Positions 20,010 through 30,155 of a stretch of DNA of 52,099 nt are shown piece after piece. Both the position numbers and the translations under genes were made by a program. The DNA lies in contig JANJTN010000146.1 of NCBI GenBank assembly GCA_024711065.1, positions 1 to 52,099 of the forward strand, read 5' to 3'. Source of the stretch: a bacterium (GTDB lineage: Bacteria > Bacteroidota > Ignavibacteria > Kapaibacteriales > Kapaibacteriaceae). Each line of letters begins with the position of its first letter. The stretch's first letter is position 1. The notes beneath the pieces are model-generated. The model saw nothing but the letters and a program-made list of their open reading frames with translations, was not told the origin of the DNA and did not search any database.

Positions 20010-20080
20010 GCCCTCAAACGCTAAAGCCTTCTAGCCCTTAAGCCCTTAGCGCTCAAGCCCTCGAGCGCTCAAGGATCTCC
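20010..20080. repeat. degenerate 7-8-nt tandem repeats (T[CT][AG]AGC[CG]C-like), containing the right arm of the island inverted repeat
   Basis: ...CTAGCCC TTAAGCCC TTAGCGC TCAAGCCC TCGAGCGC TCAAGG. Extends into the last codons (ERSRA) of the minus-strand SRPBCC gene. Confidence 0.7.
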
Positions 20081-20508
20081 TTCGTCTTCGCCTGCCGGAA
20101 GGCGAACATCGTGCGGATCTGGCGGTTGATCACCAGTATGTCTGCTAGGCGGCCCAGAAGACCCAACGGTGGAGTGTACTCTACGATGTCGGTGAGTTCC
20201 GTTCCACGGTCCACCGTGCGGAACTCCCGGATCTGTTTCCACGTCGCAAACGGACCGGAGATCTGCTCGTCGATCATCAGGTGTGGTGGTTCATAGACCG
20301 TGATCCTTACGTGCCAGCGCATCGTAAAGAGTCCGAACTGGCGGACCTTCAGGAGTACTTCGTAGCCAGGACCCGGCGTCCCCATGGCTTCGATCTGCAC
20401 CCTAATGTTGGGTGGTGTGATCCGGAGCAGGTTGGCGGTGTCGTCGTGAAAATGGAAGACCTGTTCGATCGGAGCTTCGATCCGGACCGTGCGTTCGTAA
20501 CGCGTCAT
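20053..20508 (-). CDS. SRPBCC (cyclase/dehydrase, START-like) family protein
   Basis: 151 aa from the ATG at 20508 ([23 protein letters not shown]...). ATGA overlap with the NUDIX stop. The track's longer version runs through the NUDIX gene. Confidence 0.7.
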   Translation of the reverse strand: MTRYERTVRIEAPIEQVFHFHDDTANLLRITPPNIRVQIEAMGTPGPGYEVLLKVRQFGLFTMRWHVRITVYEPPHLMIDEQISGPFATWKQIREFRTVDRGTELTDIVEYTPPLGLLGRLADILVINRQIRTMFAFRQAKTKEILERSRA

Positions 20509-21080
20509 GGAAACAACTCGGGGTTGAAGAACATCCACTTGCGAGCCATCCGCAGCATGGATTCTTCGGTGGTATAGGGGTGGATCTGCGAGACATTCAC
20601 CCAGGCAAGGTCGTTGGACTCGGAGCTCACCACATGATCCATGTGCAGGGCGCGGCACACATAACGCACGTCGAAGTGCAGGTGTTCCGGATCGGTTCCC
20701 CGAGCCGGGATCGGGTGAATATCGATGTCGAAGATCTCGGCAGTGAGTGGTACGACCTCTGTGATCCCCGACTCCTCCCGCGCTTCGCTCAGCGCTACCT
20801 CCAGCACATTGCCGTTGCCGTCGGCATGGCCTCCAACATGCAGCCACTTGTCAAGTTTGCGGTGGTGATTCAGCAATACCTGGCGGCCGTCGGGTCCCAC
20901 CAGCCATGCTGAACCCGTCACGTGACCTTCCACCGTAAAACGCTCAAAGCAGTCCGGCTCGCGTCCGATGAACTCCATCATGCGGTCGATGGTTGTTAGC
21001 TCTTGTGGCCATAGGCGTCTATACCGGCCAAGGGCCGACAGTAAGAGTTGCCGCCATTCGTCCCGTTCCATCACATCCAC
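20505..21080 (-). CDS. NUDIX hydrolase
   Basis: 191 aa. NUDIX-box-like [24 protein letters not shown]. Confidence 0.8.
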   Translation of the reverse strand: MDVMERDEWRQLLLSALGRYRRLWPQELTTIDRMMEFIGREPDCFERFTVEGHVTGSAWLVGPDGRQVLLNHHRKLDKWLHVGGHADGNGNVLEVALSEAREESGITEVVPLTAEIFDIDIHPIPARGTDPEHLHFDVRYVCRALHMDHVVSSESNDLAWVNVSQIHPYTTEESMLRMARKWMFFNPELFP

Positions 21081-21097
21081 GTTGTAGGTTGCATACT

Positions 21098-21643
21098 ATG
21101 CGTTCCACTCTGCTGACCGCTCTGACCGTGCTGGCATTCACGGTTGCCTGCACGGCACAATCATCCACCGGCGACGTATCGACCAAGCCCCTTTCCACCA
21201 CGGATTCTACTGGAGCCACCATCATGAAGACCGACGAACAATGGCAAGCCGAGCTCACACCCGAAGAATACCGGATCCTGCGTCAGAAAGGTACGGAACG
21301 TGCCTTCACAGGCAAGTACTGGGATCACCATGCAGACGGGACCTACACCTGCCGTGGGTGTGGAGCTCCGCTGTTCACCAGCGAACAGAAATACGATTCC
21401 GGCTGCGGTTGGCCGAGCTACTATGATGCGATCGACAGTGGAGCCATCGTCACGCGTCCGGACTACAGCCATGGAATGACCCGCACCGAGATCGTGTGCG
21501 CTCGTTGTGGGGGCCACCTCGGACATGTGTTCGATGATGGCCCCATGCCAACGGGACTGCGATACTGCGTGAACTCGGCGTCGCTGGGATTCGAACAGGC
21601 CAAGCCTGAAACTGACCCAACGAACGAGCCCGAAAAACCCTAG
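21098..21643 (+). CDS. msrB: peptide-methionine (R)-S-oxide reductase, exported lipoprotein form
   Basis: ATG at 21098 gives signal [18 protein letters not shown]. SelR motifs [21 protein letters not shown] and RYCVNS. Confidence 0.9.
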   Translation: MRSTLLTALTVLAFTVACTAQSSTGDVSTKPLSTTDSTGATIMKTDEQWQAELTPEEYRILRQKGTERAFTGKYWDHHADGTYTCRGCGAPLFTSEQKYDSGCGWPSYYDAIDSGAIVTRPDYSHGMTRTEIVCARCGGHLGHVFDDGPMPTGLRYCVNSASLGFEQAKPETDPTNEPEKP

Positions 21644-24600
21644 TCGCGGTCAGCCAGTTGCCAGCGGAAGCGTAGCCGCTGCACTTTCAGGGTGATCACG
21701 ATCAGAGAATAGTACAGACACGGCACCACCACCAGGGTGAGGAAGGTGGAGAAGCCGAGTCCGAAGATGATGGACCATGCCAATGGACCCCAGAACGCCA
21801 CAGAGTCCGAACCGATGTGCAGATGCGGATCCTGGAGGTTGAGCAGGCTCATGAAGTCCAGGTTCAGGCCGATGGCCAGTGGCACCAGGCCCAGGATCGT
21901 GGACGCGGCCGTCAGGATCACGGGGTTGAAGCGGATCGCGCCCCCTTCGATCAGGGCTTTCCTGGTCTTGTACCCCTGTTTCCGCAGGACATCCGTGAAG
22001 TCGACCAGCACGATCCCGTTTCGCACCACGATACCGCCGAGCGCTACGATGCCAACGCCGGTGATCACGATGGAGAACTGCAACTGGAAGATCACAAAGC
22101 CCAGCAACACACCGATCACCGAGAACAACACGGTGGACATGATGAGAAGGGGCTTGGCGATCGAATTGAACTGCGTGACCATGATCAACAGGATGATCAT
22201 GGCTGCCACACCGAACGCAAAGGCCAGGAAGTCCGCTGACTCCTGCTGCTCTTCCTGAGCACCGGTCAGCCGGATCGTATAACCCTCGGGCACCGGGAAG
22301 CCGTCGATGGCCTGCTGGATCTGACGGTTCACATCCGTGGGGTTGTAGCCCTGCTCCTTGAGCACGTTGGACGACAGCGTGACCACGCGCTGCTGATTCT
22401 TGCGGTTGATGCCGGAGAATGTGGAGGAGTATTCCACCTTGGCGATGGACGCCACCGGCACCTGGCGGAAGTTTCCGGAACTCATCTCCCGGTACGTGAT
22501 CGGCAAATTCAACAGGGCATTCATGTCGTCCCTCGTAGCCTCGGCTGCCCGCACCTGGATCGGATACTCATCCTCGCCAACGCGAAGCTTGCTGGCTTCT
22601 ACACCATACAAGGCGCTCCGCAACGCCATTCCGATCTGACCCGATGTGATCCCCTCGGCATTCGCTTTCTGACGATCTACCAGGATGCTGATCTCGGGCT
22701 TGTTGCGTTCCAGGTCGCTCTTGAGTCGCTCGATACCGGGGATCTTCAATGAGTCGGCGATCAACGTGTACACTTCGCGGGACAATGCCGTGAGCTGGTC
22801 GAAGTCATCTCCGGCGATCTCGATGTTCACATCCTTGCCCTGCGGTGGACCATTGGCCTCTTTTTCAACCACGATCTCAGCGCCAGGAATGTCGGCGACC
22901 GCCTCGCGGAACATGGTCAGATACCGGCTGGTCAGCGGATTCCCCCGCTCGGCATACGGCTTGAAGGCAACGGTCACCTTACCCTTGTGCGGCGTAATGG
23001 TCCGGTCAGGATTCTGTGGGTCACCGGCACCGATACCCACGTTGGCTACCACGGTATTCACATCCGGGTTGTTCTCCCCGATCAGCGCTTTCACACGCTG
23101 CTCCACCACACGGGTGATCGAGTCGGTGACCGTGGCATCGGTACCGATCGGCATCTTGATGTACACGTACGCGTAGTTCGGCTCGCCGCTTGGGAAGAAG
23201 ACCGGCGACTGACCGAACATTCCCGTGATCACCACCGTCAGGACAAACAAGAGCACCATCCCGACGATCACCAGATAGGGTCGCCACCCCTGCAGCACGA
23301 ATCGCAGCGTAGCTCGATAACGGTCCATGATCCACGGCAGGGTCCGCTCCTGGAACGGTGTGATCAGCTTGGGCGTGATGAAGACGCGGTTCAGGAAGTA
23401 GAAGGCCGTACTGATCAGCGTCAGCGTCACGAACCACGTTGCACCGGCCAGCAGGCTGATACCGACCAACAAGCCAACAGCTCCGCCGGTGATGATCAGT
23501 CGACGACCATTGAAGGCCTTCGGCTTCTTGTCCATGAAGTCGACGGCGAACACCGGGTTGATGATGTAGGCTACGACCAGGGACGCCGTTAACGTGATGA
23601 TCAGAACGGCCGGCAGGTAGACCATGAACTCCCCTACCAGTCCCGGCCAGAAGAGCAGCGGGAAGAACGGGGCGAGTGTGGTAAGCGTGCCGGCGACCAC
23701 CGGTGCAAACACCTCTGCTGCCGCGTATTTGGCGGCGGTCTTGACGTCGATGCCCTCCTTGGTATGCAGGCGGTGAGTGTTCTCGATCACCACGATGGCA
23801 TCATCCACAATGATGCCGAGCGCTAACAGGAAGGCGAAGGTTACCACGATGTTGAAGGTGAAGTCCATGCCCGGCAGCACCATGAAGGCCAGGAAGGACG
23901 ACAGCGGCGTGGCCAGACCAACGAACAAGGCGTTCTGCACCCCCATGAAGAACATCAGTACGATGGTCACCAGGATGAAGCCGATGATGATCGAGTTGAT
24001 CAGGTCGGCGATGTTCGTGCGCGTAGCCACGGACATGTCGTTGGTGAGCACGATGCTCACATTGTCCGGTAGCCGCTTGGCCTCATATTCGGCAACGATG
24101 CTCTGGATCTGGTCGGACGCGTCGATCAGGTTCTCGCCGGCTTTTTTCAATACCGACAGGGTGATCACCGGCTTGCCGTCCAGGCGCGCAAAGGATTGCT
24201 GCTCCTGATTGGTCTCCACAACGGTTGCGATGTCGCGCAGGTACACCCAGTTGCCTCGACTACCCTTGACCACCACCAGGCTGATCTCGTCGGCGCTCTT
24301 GAATTCACCCGAGAGCTGCACGTTGCGCCGCACACCGTCCACCACCAGATCACCGCCCGAAACGTTGATGTTCTCGTTGCGGATGGCATTGGCTACATCG
24401 CTGAACGAGATACCGAGGGTTTGCATCCGGTTGGGATCAAGGTCCACCCGCACTTCCTTCTCCAGCGCACCGATGATATCCACGCGGCGGATCTCTTTCA
24501 TCGACTCGATCCGATCCTGCAGCTCATCGGCATACTTCTTCAGGTTGTCCAGGCCGATGTCTCCGGCAATGTTCACGAACATGATCGGGAACTCGGAGAA

Positions 24601-25017
24601 GTCGATCTCCTGCACGTCCGGACCCTGCGTCAGATCCGTTGGCAGATCCGCCTTGGATCGGTCCACGGCGTCAGTAACGCGTTGCTTGGCAACGGTGGGC
24701 GTGATGTCCGTGGTGAATTCGACCACGATGATCGAAGCGTCCTGCAGCGACTGTGAGGTGACCTTCTTGACGTCGGCCACCGACTTGATCTGCTTCTCGA
24801 TCTGCCGCGTGATCAGGTTTTCGACGTCGATCGGCGACGTGCCGGCATTGATCGTGGTCACCAGAATGGTCGGTACCACGATATCCGGGAACTGCTCCTT
24901 AGGCAGACGCGAATACGTCAGCGCTCCGATGATGCAGATCAATGCCGTGAGCACATAGATGGTGGTCTTGTTCTCCACCGCCCACGACGTGATCGGAAAT
25001 TTCTTGTGAAGTGACAT
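21640..25017 (-). CDS. RND efflux transporter permease (AcrB/HAE family)
   Basis: 1125 aa. Twelve-TM architecture with two large periplasmic loops and the typical N-terminus ...[31 protein letters not shown]. Confidence 0.9.
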   Translation of the reverse strand: MSLHKKFPITSWAVENKTTIYVLTALICIIGALTYSRLPKEQFPDIVVPTILVTTINAGTSPIDVENLITRQIEKQIKSVADVKKVTSQSLQDASIIVVEFTTDITPTVAKQRVTDAVDRSKADLPTDLTQGPDVQEIDFSEFPIMFVNIAGDIGLDNLKKYADELQDRIESMKEIRRVDIIGALEKEVRVDLDPNRMQTLGISFSDVANAIRNENINVSGGDLVVDGVRRNVQLSGEFKSADEISLVVVKGSRGNWVYLRDIATVVETNQEQQSFARLDGKPVITLSVLKKAGENLIDASDQIQSIVAEYEAKRLPDNVSIVLTNDMSVATRTNIADLINSIIIGFILVTIVLMFFMGVQNALFVGLATPLSSFLAFMVLPGMDFTFNIVVTFAFLLALGIIVDDAIVVIENTHRLHTKEGIDVKTAAKYAAAEVFAPVVAGTLTTLAPFFPLLFWPGLVGEFMVYLPAVLIITLTASLVVAYIINPVFAVDFMDKKPKAFNGRRLIITGGAVGLLVGISLLAGATWFVTLTLISTAFYFLNRVFITPKLITPFQERTLPWIMDRYRATLRFVLQGWRPYLVIVGMVLLFVLTVVITGMFGQSPVFFPSGEPNYAYVYIKMPIGTDATVTDSITRVVEQRVKALIGENNPDVNTVVANVGIGAGDPQNPDRTITPHKGKVTVAFKPYAERGNPLTSRYLTMFREAVADIPGAEIVVEKEANGPPQGKDVNIEIAGDDFDQLTALSREVYTLIADSLKIPGIERLKSDLERNKPEISILVDRQKANAEGITSGQIGMALRSALYGVEASKLRVGEDEYPIQVRAAEATRDDMNALLNLPITYREMSSGNFRQVPVASIAKVEYSSTFSGINRKNQQRVVTLSSNVLKEQGYNPTDVNRQIQQAIDGFPVPEGYTIRLTGAQEEQQESADFLAFAFGVAAMIILLIMVTQFNSIAKPLLIMSTVLFSVIGVLLGFVIFQLQFSIVITGVGIVALGGIVVRNGIVLVDFTDVLRKQGYKTRKALIEGGAIRFNPVILTAASTILGLVPLAIGLNLDFMSLLNLQDPHLHIGSDSVAFWGPLAWSIIFGLGFSTFLTLVVVPCLYYSLIVITLKVQRLRFRWQLADRD

Positions 25018-25053
25018 GGTGATGTGACTGTTCTGGTGGAAGGGGGCTGGTGG

Positions 25054-26163
25054 TTATTCGATCACACGAACGTTCTGGCCGTCGGCAACGTCCTGATTAC
25101 CGCGAACGACCACGCGGTCGCCCGCTTCAAGTCCGCTGGTAACCTGGACCTCGGCTCCGGAGACCAGACCCGTGGTGATCTCGCGACGATGGGCAACGCC
25201 GGCGGTATCAAGCACCCAGACATACTGGACAGCCCCTTCCCGCAGAATGGCGGCCAGCGGGATCCCGATGGTGTTGTCGATTGTTTGATCGTTCAGCAGA
25301 ACATCGGCCGTAGTGTTCGGACGCAGCAGTGGTGGCACCGGACGGATCGGGATCTCCACACGGAAGGTGCGGTTCACGCTGTTCACCGTGCGGGCTACGA
25401 TGCCGACGGTGGTGGTGATGGAATGGTCGATGTCCCCGAAGGACACGGTAGCGGCATCGCCCACGTTCACCGTGCTGATGTACGGCTCGGCCAGGTCGGC
25501 CACCACGCGCATGTCCGACGTGTTTACGATCGTCAGCAGGGGCATGCCCGGCATGGCCATTTCTCCGGTAGCATGGGTCAGGTTGTCCACGGTTCCACTT
25601 GTTGGAGCGGTAATGCGGGCCAGGGCGAGTTGTTCACGCAGGGATTCCAGCCGCCGCTCCAGCGATTCCTTGTTGTTCTTGGCCTGGAGGTACTGGATCT
25701 CCGACCCCGCCTGTTTGTCATAGATGCGCTTCTGCTTGTCGTAGAGCGTGGTAGCGAACTCGAGCTGCGTCTGCACCTCGTCGATCCCGCGCTTCACCAC
25801 TTCGGCGTCCAGTTCCAGAAGGAGCTGCCCTTTGGAAACGGACTGTCCGTTCGCCACATGGATCGCTACGATACGTCCGCCCGCCTGCGGAGCAACGTCC
25901 ACCGTCGAACGCGAGTCCACGGTGCCTTTTACCGAGATCATGTGCCGGAACGGACCAACGGCAACGGTGTGGATCGTGACCGGTATGGCCGACCCGTTGT
26001 TCTCTGTACCGAGCTCACGCTCCAGGTCACGGATCTGTTCGTCGATCTTGGCCTTCTCCGCGCGGAGCTGTTCCAACCGCTGTTCCGGCGGAACGTCCGT
26101 CGGCTGACAGGCGGCAAGCGTGATGACGGCAAGGACGCCGATCATCGTGAAGCGAGACATCAT
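25054..26163 (-). CDS. RND periplasmic adaptor (membrane fusion protein, HlyD family)
   Basis: ATG at 26163 gives lipoprotein signal MMSRFTMIGVLAVITLAAC. Coiled-coil hairpin plus beta-barrel regions. Confidence 0.85.
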   Translation of the reverse strand: MMSRFTMIGVLAVITLAACQPTDVPPEQRLEQLRAEKAKIDEQIRDLERELGTENNGSAIPVTIHTVAVGPFRHMISVKGTVDSRSTVDVAPQAGGRIVAIHVANGQSVSKGQLLLELDAEVVKRGIDEVQTQLEFATTLYDKQKRIYDKQAGSEIQYLQAKNNKESLERRLESLREQLALARITAPTSGTVDNLTHATGEMAMPGMPLLTIVNTSDMRVVADLAEPYISTVNVGDAATVSFGDIDHSITTTVGIVARTVNSVNRTFRVEIPIRPVPPLLRPNTTADVLLNDQTIDNTIGIPLAAILREGAVQYVWVLDTAGVAHRREITTGLVSGAEVQVTSGLEAGDRVVVRGNQDVADGQNVRVIE

Positions 26164-26189
26164 GGGAATACCTTGAGTGGAATGTGTGT

Positions 26190-26849
26190 TTAGTTCGATG
26201 TTGGGAGAGGGCACTTTAGCCCCCTGATGAAGAGCTTGACCGTGTCGTTGAGGATCTTGCCGGGGTCGACCTTGGCCCACTCCGGCGGGACCATGCCGTT
26301 CCGTAGGATCACCATTGTCCCCTTCAACGCGAACAGCAGCTGGAGCACCACATACTGTACCGGATGCTCGAGTTGGTAGAGCCCCTTATCAACGCCTTCC
26401 TGGATCAAGCCGATCATGATCTGCATCATCCGATCGTTCAGTTGCGTGAACTGCGTTACGGATTCGCTGGGTCCACAATCCTGTGGGCACATCAGGTGCC
26501 GCATATCCATCTGCGTCATCACCTGGTACAGGAAGGCATTCTCGGAGGAGTAGGTATGAAAGGTAGAGACAGCCTTGACCAGCTTTTTGTCCGGCGCGTC
26601 CTTCGACGTGGTCACCTTTTCCAAACGTTCGATCAGGCCCACGAGGTCTTCGGCGATCAGCGCCATCAGCAGCTCGTCTCGATTCTTGTAGTACAGGTAC
26701 AGCGTACCCTTGGCCAGCTCCGCCTCTTCGGCGATCTTGTCCATGGAAGCATGCTGGATCCCGTACTTCTCGAACGCTTGCCGCGCCGACGCCAGGATGT
26801 CCTGCCGACGCTGCTCGCGCTCGCGTTCTTTGCGTTCCCGTACACCCAT
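26190..26849 (-). CDS. TetR/AcrR family transcriptional regulator
   Basis: N-terminal HTH ASMDKIAEEAELAKGTLYLYYKNRDEL. Sits between the tolC-like and MFP genes. Confidence 0.85.
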   Translation of the reverse strand: MGVRERKEREREQRRQDILASARQAFEKYGIQHASMDKIAEEAELAKGTLYLYYKNRDELLMALIAEDLVGLIERLEKVTTSKDAPDKKLVKAVSTFHTYSSENAFLYQVMTQMDMRHLMCPQDCGPSESVTQFTQLNDRMMQIMIGLIQEGVDKGLYQLEHPVQYVVLQLLFALKGTMVILRNGMVPPEWAKVDPGKILNDTVKLFIRGLKCPLPTSN

Positions 26850-26853
26850 GGCG

Positions 26854-28185
26854 TTACTCCGCCATCCGGAGATATCGTTCGTCCACGTTGCCCACCACTC
26901 GGTCGAATTCCGCCCGCTTGGTGTAGTAGTCCAGCAATGCCGACAGACGGTTCACCTGCGCACGCGAAAGGGCTACCTGGGCATCATTGATCTCCAGCAG
27001 ACTACCGGTGCCTTCGGTGTACCGGATCCGCGAGATCTCGAAACCGCGCTCGGCTTGTTGTACCGTGGACTGCTGCGCCTCGATGCGCTGCAATGCCGAA
27101 CGCAGGTCGTTGATGATCACCCGCACCTGCAGCCGCACGTTGTTCTGCAGCATGGCATACTGCTCACTCACCGAAGCAAAGTCGGCCTTGGCCTGGTCGA
27201 TCTGAGCCAGCGTCTTGGTCCCGTTGAAAATGTTGAAGCTGAAGTTCAACCCCACAAAGGATGAGGTGGCGCTGAGCCAGTTGTTGAACGTGTTGCTCTG
27301 GCCCTGGTTCTGCCATTGCCCCACAAAGGTCAGCGTGGGATAGTACGAGGAGCGGTAGACGTCGATCATCCCGTCGGCTACCTGCATCTGGAGTTCGAGT
27401 GCTTTCAGGTCGTAGTTCTCCTGGATCGCCTTGATGATGGCCGCATCCTCGTCGGGCAAGGCCTCGGGAGCACCAAGGTCCGTCGTGGTCAGCTCCACGG
27501 TGTCCGCAAGGTCCATCGACAGGTAGGTCATCAACGCCGAGACGGCGTTGTTGTAGCCGGCTTCGGCATTGGTAACCTCCGGACGGACGTTCTCGACGGC
27601 AACCTGCGAGCGGATCTGATCGAACTCGGCGACCAGCCCTTCGTTGAAGAGCGCTGAGATGGTGCGGTAGTTCTCTTCCGTATTCGCCAGGGTCTGCTCT
27701 GCGATCCCCACGAACTGCTTTGCTGCCAGAGCGTTGTAGTACCGACGTTTGGTCTCGGTCACCACCGTGGCAACGGCCGACTTGTAGTTGGCCCGTGCTG
27801 CGTCCTGATAGATCTTGGATGTGCCAATGCCGTTGAAGACGGCACTGTTGAACAGGATCTGCGTCAGCGTAGCGCTGGCCTGATAGGCATTGTCCAGCCC
27901 GAACCGCACAGGGGTCAGCGTTCCGTTCACCGGAAAGAAGAACACCGGCAATTCGATGTTGCGGTTAAAGCCCGCAGACACGTTCAGCGTTGGGAGCGCA
28001 TTGCCCACGGCCTCCTGGGCCTGAGCGTCGGCCTTGGACACGCCATACTGTGCGATCTTGACCTGTTGGTTCTGCTTGAGCGCCAGTTCGATAGCCTGGT
28101 CGAGCGAAAGAGGTGTTCCGGCAACGGCAGCTGCTCCAGCTGCACACAAAAGAATCGCCGCAATGGCGGCGGATCGAGCTAGCAT
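26854..28185 (-). CDS. TolC-family outer membrane efflux protein
   Basis: ATG at 28185 gives signal MLARSAAIAAILLCAAGAAAVAG. Two OEP repeats. First gene of the efflux operon. Confidence 0.85.
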   Translation of the reverse strand: MLARSAAIAAILLCAAGAAAVAGTPLSLDQAIELALKQNQQVKIAQYGVSKADAQAQEAVGNALPTLNVSAGFNRNIELPVFFFPVNGTLTPVRFGLDNAYQASATLTQILFNSAVFNGIGTSKIYQDAARANYKSAVATVVTETKRRYYNALAAKQFVGIAEQTLANTEENYRTISALFNEGLVAEFDQIRSQVAVENVRPEVTNAEAGYNNAVSALMTYLSMDLADTVELTTTDLGAPEALPDEDAAIIKAIQENYDLKALELQMQVADGMIDVYRSSYYPTLTFVGQWQNQGQSNTFNNWLSATSSFVGLNFSFNIFNGTKTLAQIDQAKADFASVSEQYAMLQNNVRLQVRVIINDLRSALQRIEAQQSTVQQAERGFEISRIRYTEGTGSLLEINDAQVALSRAQVNRLSALLDYYTKRAEFDRVVGNVDERYLRMAE

Positions 28186-28229
28186 ATCACGGTCCTTGTA
28201 GCAGGATGAGTTGACCAATGACAAATTTT

Positions 28230-28281
28230 ATGACTAACGGTCACAAAACTAACTGCGGTCAGCTATAAAACCAATAGTCAT
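28230..28281. promoter_or_regulatory. candidate operator pair in the tolC/GT divergent promoter region
   Basis: ATGACTAACGGTCA (28230-28243, internally TGAC-N5-GTCA) and AACCAATAGTCAT (28269-28281) are inverted relative to each other. A related TGACCAATGACA lies at 28212-28223. Confidence 0.3.
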
Positions 28282-28302
28282 TTCGGCGGCGCAGAACGAA
28301 CC

Positions 28303-29649
28303 ATGTCTCTCAAAGTTTCAGTCCACCAACGCGAAGGTGCTCGAAACCTATCTTTGCCGATGCGTTCTCCTCTGCTCTGGCTGTGCCTGGCTTCGGCTGC
28401 GTTAAGGATCGCCGTGTTGTTCGCGGCCCCCATGGCCGACCCTCAGGAGTACGAACAGGTGGTGATCGCCCGGAACCTGCTGGCCGGCGACGGATTCGCC
28501 ATGGCGTGGCCGTATCAGCCGGTGGATTCCACAAGGGCTGTCCTCTGGGCGTCCGACCCCACCCCCCACCCCAGCGCCTTCATGCCACCGTTCGTTCCGG
28601 CTGTGGCAGCTCTGGTCTTCAGCGTAACCGGCTCCGGTACCACCGGGATCCTCGCCCTTCTGATCCTGCAGAGCCTGGTGGGTGCCGCGGTCCCGTGGTT
28701 GGTGTATCGGATCGCCCGTCGAATGGCGTCGCATCGAGCATCGCTGATGGCCGCTGCCTGGTCGTTGTTGTACCTGCCGGGCCTGCTTTCTTCGGCTACG
28801 CCATCGGGAGCAGTCTGGTATGCGGTGGGTGGCCTTGTGGTGGTCTACGTAGCTCAGGATGTCTTGCAGACCCAACGCCGGTATTGGCTCCTTGGCGTAG
28901 CGATCGGACTGCTGGCCCTGATGCGTTCTGAATTCGTGGCTCTGGGCCTGGTCCTCTGCGCCGTACCGCTCTTGCAGCGTCGGTGGAAGGGGGCTCTGGT
29001 GGCCGCCGCCATGCTGTTCGTGGTGGTCTCTCCGTGGGTGATCCGCAATACCGTCGAATTCGGCAAGCCCGTGGGGATGATCTCCCACCCCTGGCGCGAG
29101 ATCTGGCGTGGCGCCAACCCGTATGCCTCGGGCAGTGGCTATGCAGCCGACGGTGTGAGCATCTGGGAAGGCGATCGCTATCCGGAGATCGTGGCCCGGC
29201 TGGACGCTTTGCCGGTAACACAGACTTACGAGGTCGAGGCCGACACGATCTTTCGAGAAGCTGCTTCGGGCTATATCGCCGCCGATCCGATGCGATGGGT
29301 CGTGCTTGGGTGCAAGAAAGCACTGATGCTCTGGACCATCGATCCCTACTACCCCAAGGCAAAGAGTGTCCTGTATGTGGTGCCCACGCTGCTGACGGGA
29401 CTGACGCTGCTGCTGGGTCTTGGTCTTGCCATCCGTACCCTGCTGCGGTCTCGATCGTGGACGTCCGGGCTGACGCCGCTCGTGTTGGTTTGCCTGGGTC
29501 TGACGGGTGTCTTTGCGGTCACCTACGTGCTACCGCGGTATCAGACCTACCTCTTTACGATCGCCTTGCCACTGATCGCTCTGGTGGCGGACCTTTTGCC
29601 ACGGCGCTGGCTGAGCGCTTCGTTCGGTGCCGAGTCGGCTGGTCACTGA
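28303..29649 (+). CDS. ArnT/PMT-like (GT39/GT83-type) polytopic glycosyltransferase
   Basis: 448 aa, many TM helices. N-terminal ...AAPMADPQEYEQVVIARNLLAGDGFAM loop resembles the first periplasmic loop of GT-C enzymes. The start could be 28360. Confidence 0.55.
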   Translation: MSLKVSVHQREGARNLSLPMRSPLLWLCLASAALRIAVLFAAPMADPQEYEQVVIARNLLAGDGFAMAWPYQPVDSTRAVLWASDPTPHPSAFMPPFVPAVAALVFSVTGSGTTGILALLILQSLVGAAVPWLVYRIARRMASHRASLMAAAWSLLYLPGLLSSATPSGAVWYAVGGLVVVYVAQDVLQTQRRYWLLGVAIGLLALMRSEFVALGLVLCAVPLLQRRWKGALVAAAMLFVVVSPWVIRNTVEFGKPVGMISHPWREIWRGANPYASGSGYAADGVSIWEGDRYPEIVARLDALPVTQTYEVEADTIFREAASGYIAADPMRWVVLGCKKALMLWTIDPYYPKAKSVLYVVPTLLTGLTLLLGLGLAIRTLLRSRSWTSGLTPLVLVCLGLTGVFAVTYVLPRYQTYLFTIALPLIALVADLLPRRWLSASFGAESAGH

Positions 29650-30155
29650 ATCAGCGGCAGCACGTCGCTCAAGCTCTGCACCACCACGTCGGCAGCGGTG
29701 GACGGATGTTCGCCGAGCAGGATCGTTCGCACACCGGCACGTCTCCCCGCTTCGGCATCGGTGAGAGCATCTCCCAGGAACCAGCACTGCTCCGGATCCA
29801 GATCCAGCTCGGCGATCGCCTCGAGCAGCATCCCGGGTTCGGGCTTACGGCGTGGATCCCCGTCTGATGCCAGCGACGTACAGTCGTACACCGCATCCAG
29901 GGCAAAGCCGAGTCGGTCCATCAACAGGTCGTGCAGATGACGATGCAGGGCATCCAGGTCTGCGCGGGACATCAGCCCCTTGCCAACCCCCTGTTGATTG
30001 GTGATCAGCACAAGCCGGTATCCGGCAGCATGCGCTGCTTGTAGCACCGGGAGAATGTCCTCGATAAGGTGGAATTCTTCCACGGTTCGTACATAGCCCC
30101 CAACGATCCGCTCGTTGATCACGCCATCGCGGTCCAGGAACAGCGCTTTGTTCAT
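29643..30155 (-). CDS. gmhB: HAD-IIIA phosphatase, D,D-heptose 1,7-bisphosphate phosphatase-like
   Basis: FLDRDGVIN, ITNQQG, RKPEPGML and GDALTDAEAG motifs. ATGA overlap with the upstream GT4 gene. Confidence 0.75.
   Translation of the reverse strand: MNKALFLDRDGVINERIVGGYVRTVEEFHLIEDILPVLQAAHAAGYRLVLITNQQGVGKGLMSRADLDALHRHLHDLLMDRLGFALDAVYDCTSLASDGDPRRKPEPGMLLEAIAELDLDPEQCWFLGDALTDAEAGRRAGVRTILLGEHPSTAADVVVQSLSDVLPLIQ

Noticed and set aside
20509-20847. 113-aa N-terminal extension of the SRPBCC ORF
   Set aside because: It runs out of frame through the NUDIX gene. The internal ATG at 20508 gives an ATGA overlap with the NUDIX stop and a normal-length START-like protein.
25024-26193. 389-aa plus-strand ORF
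   Set aside because: Antisense shadow of the RND adaptor (MFP) gene. No motifs.
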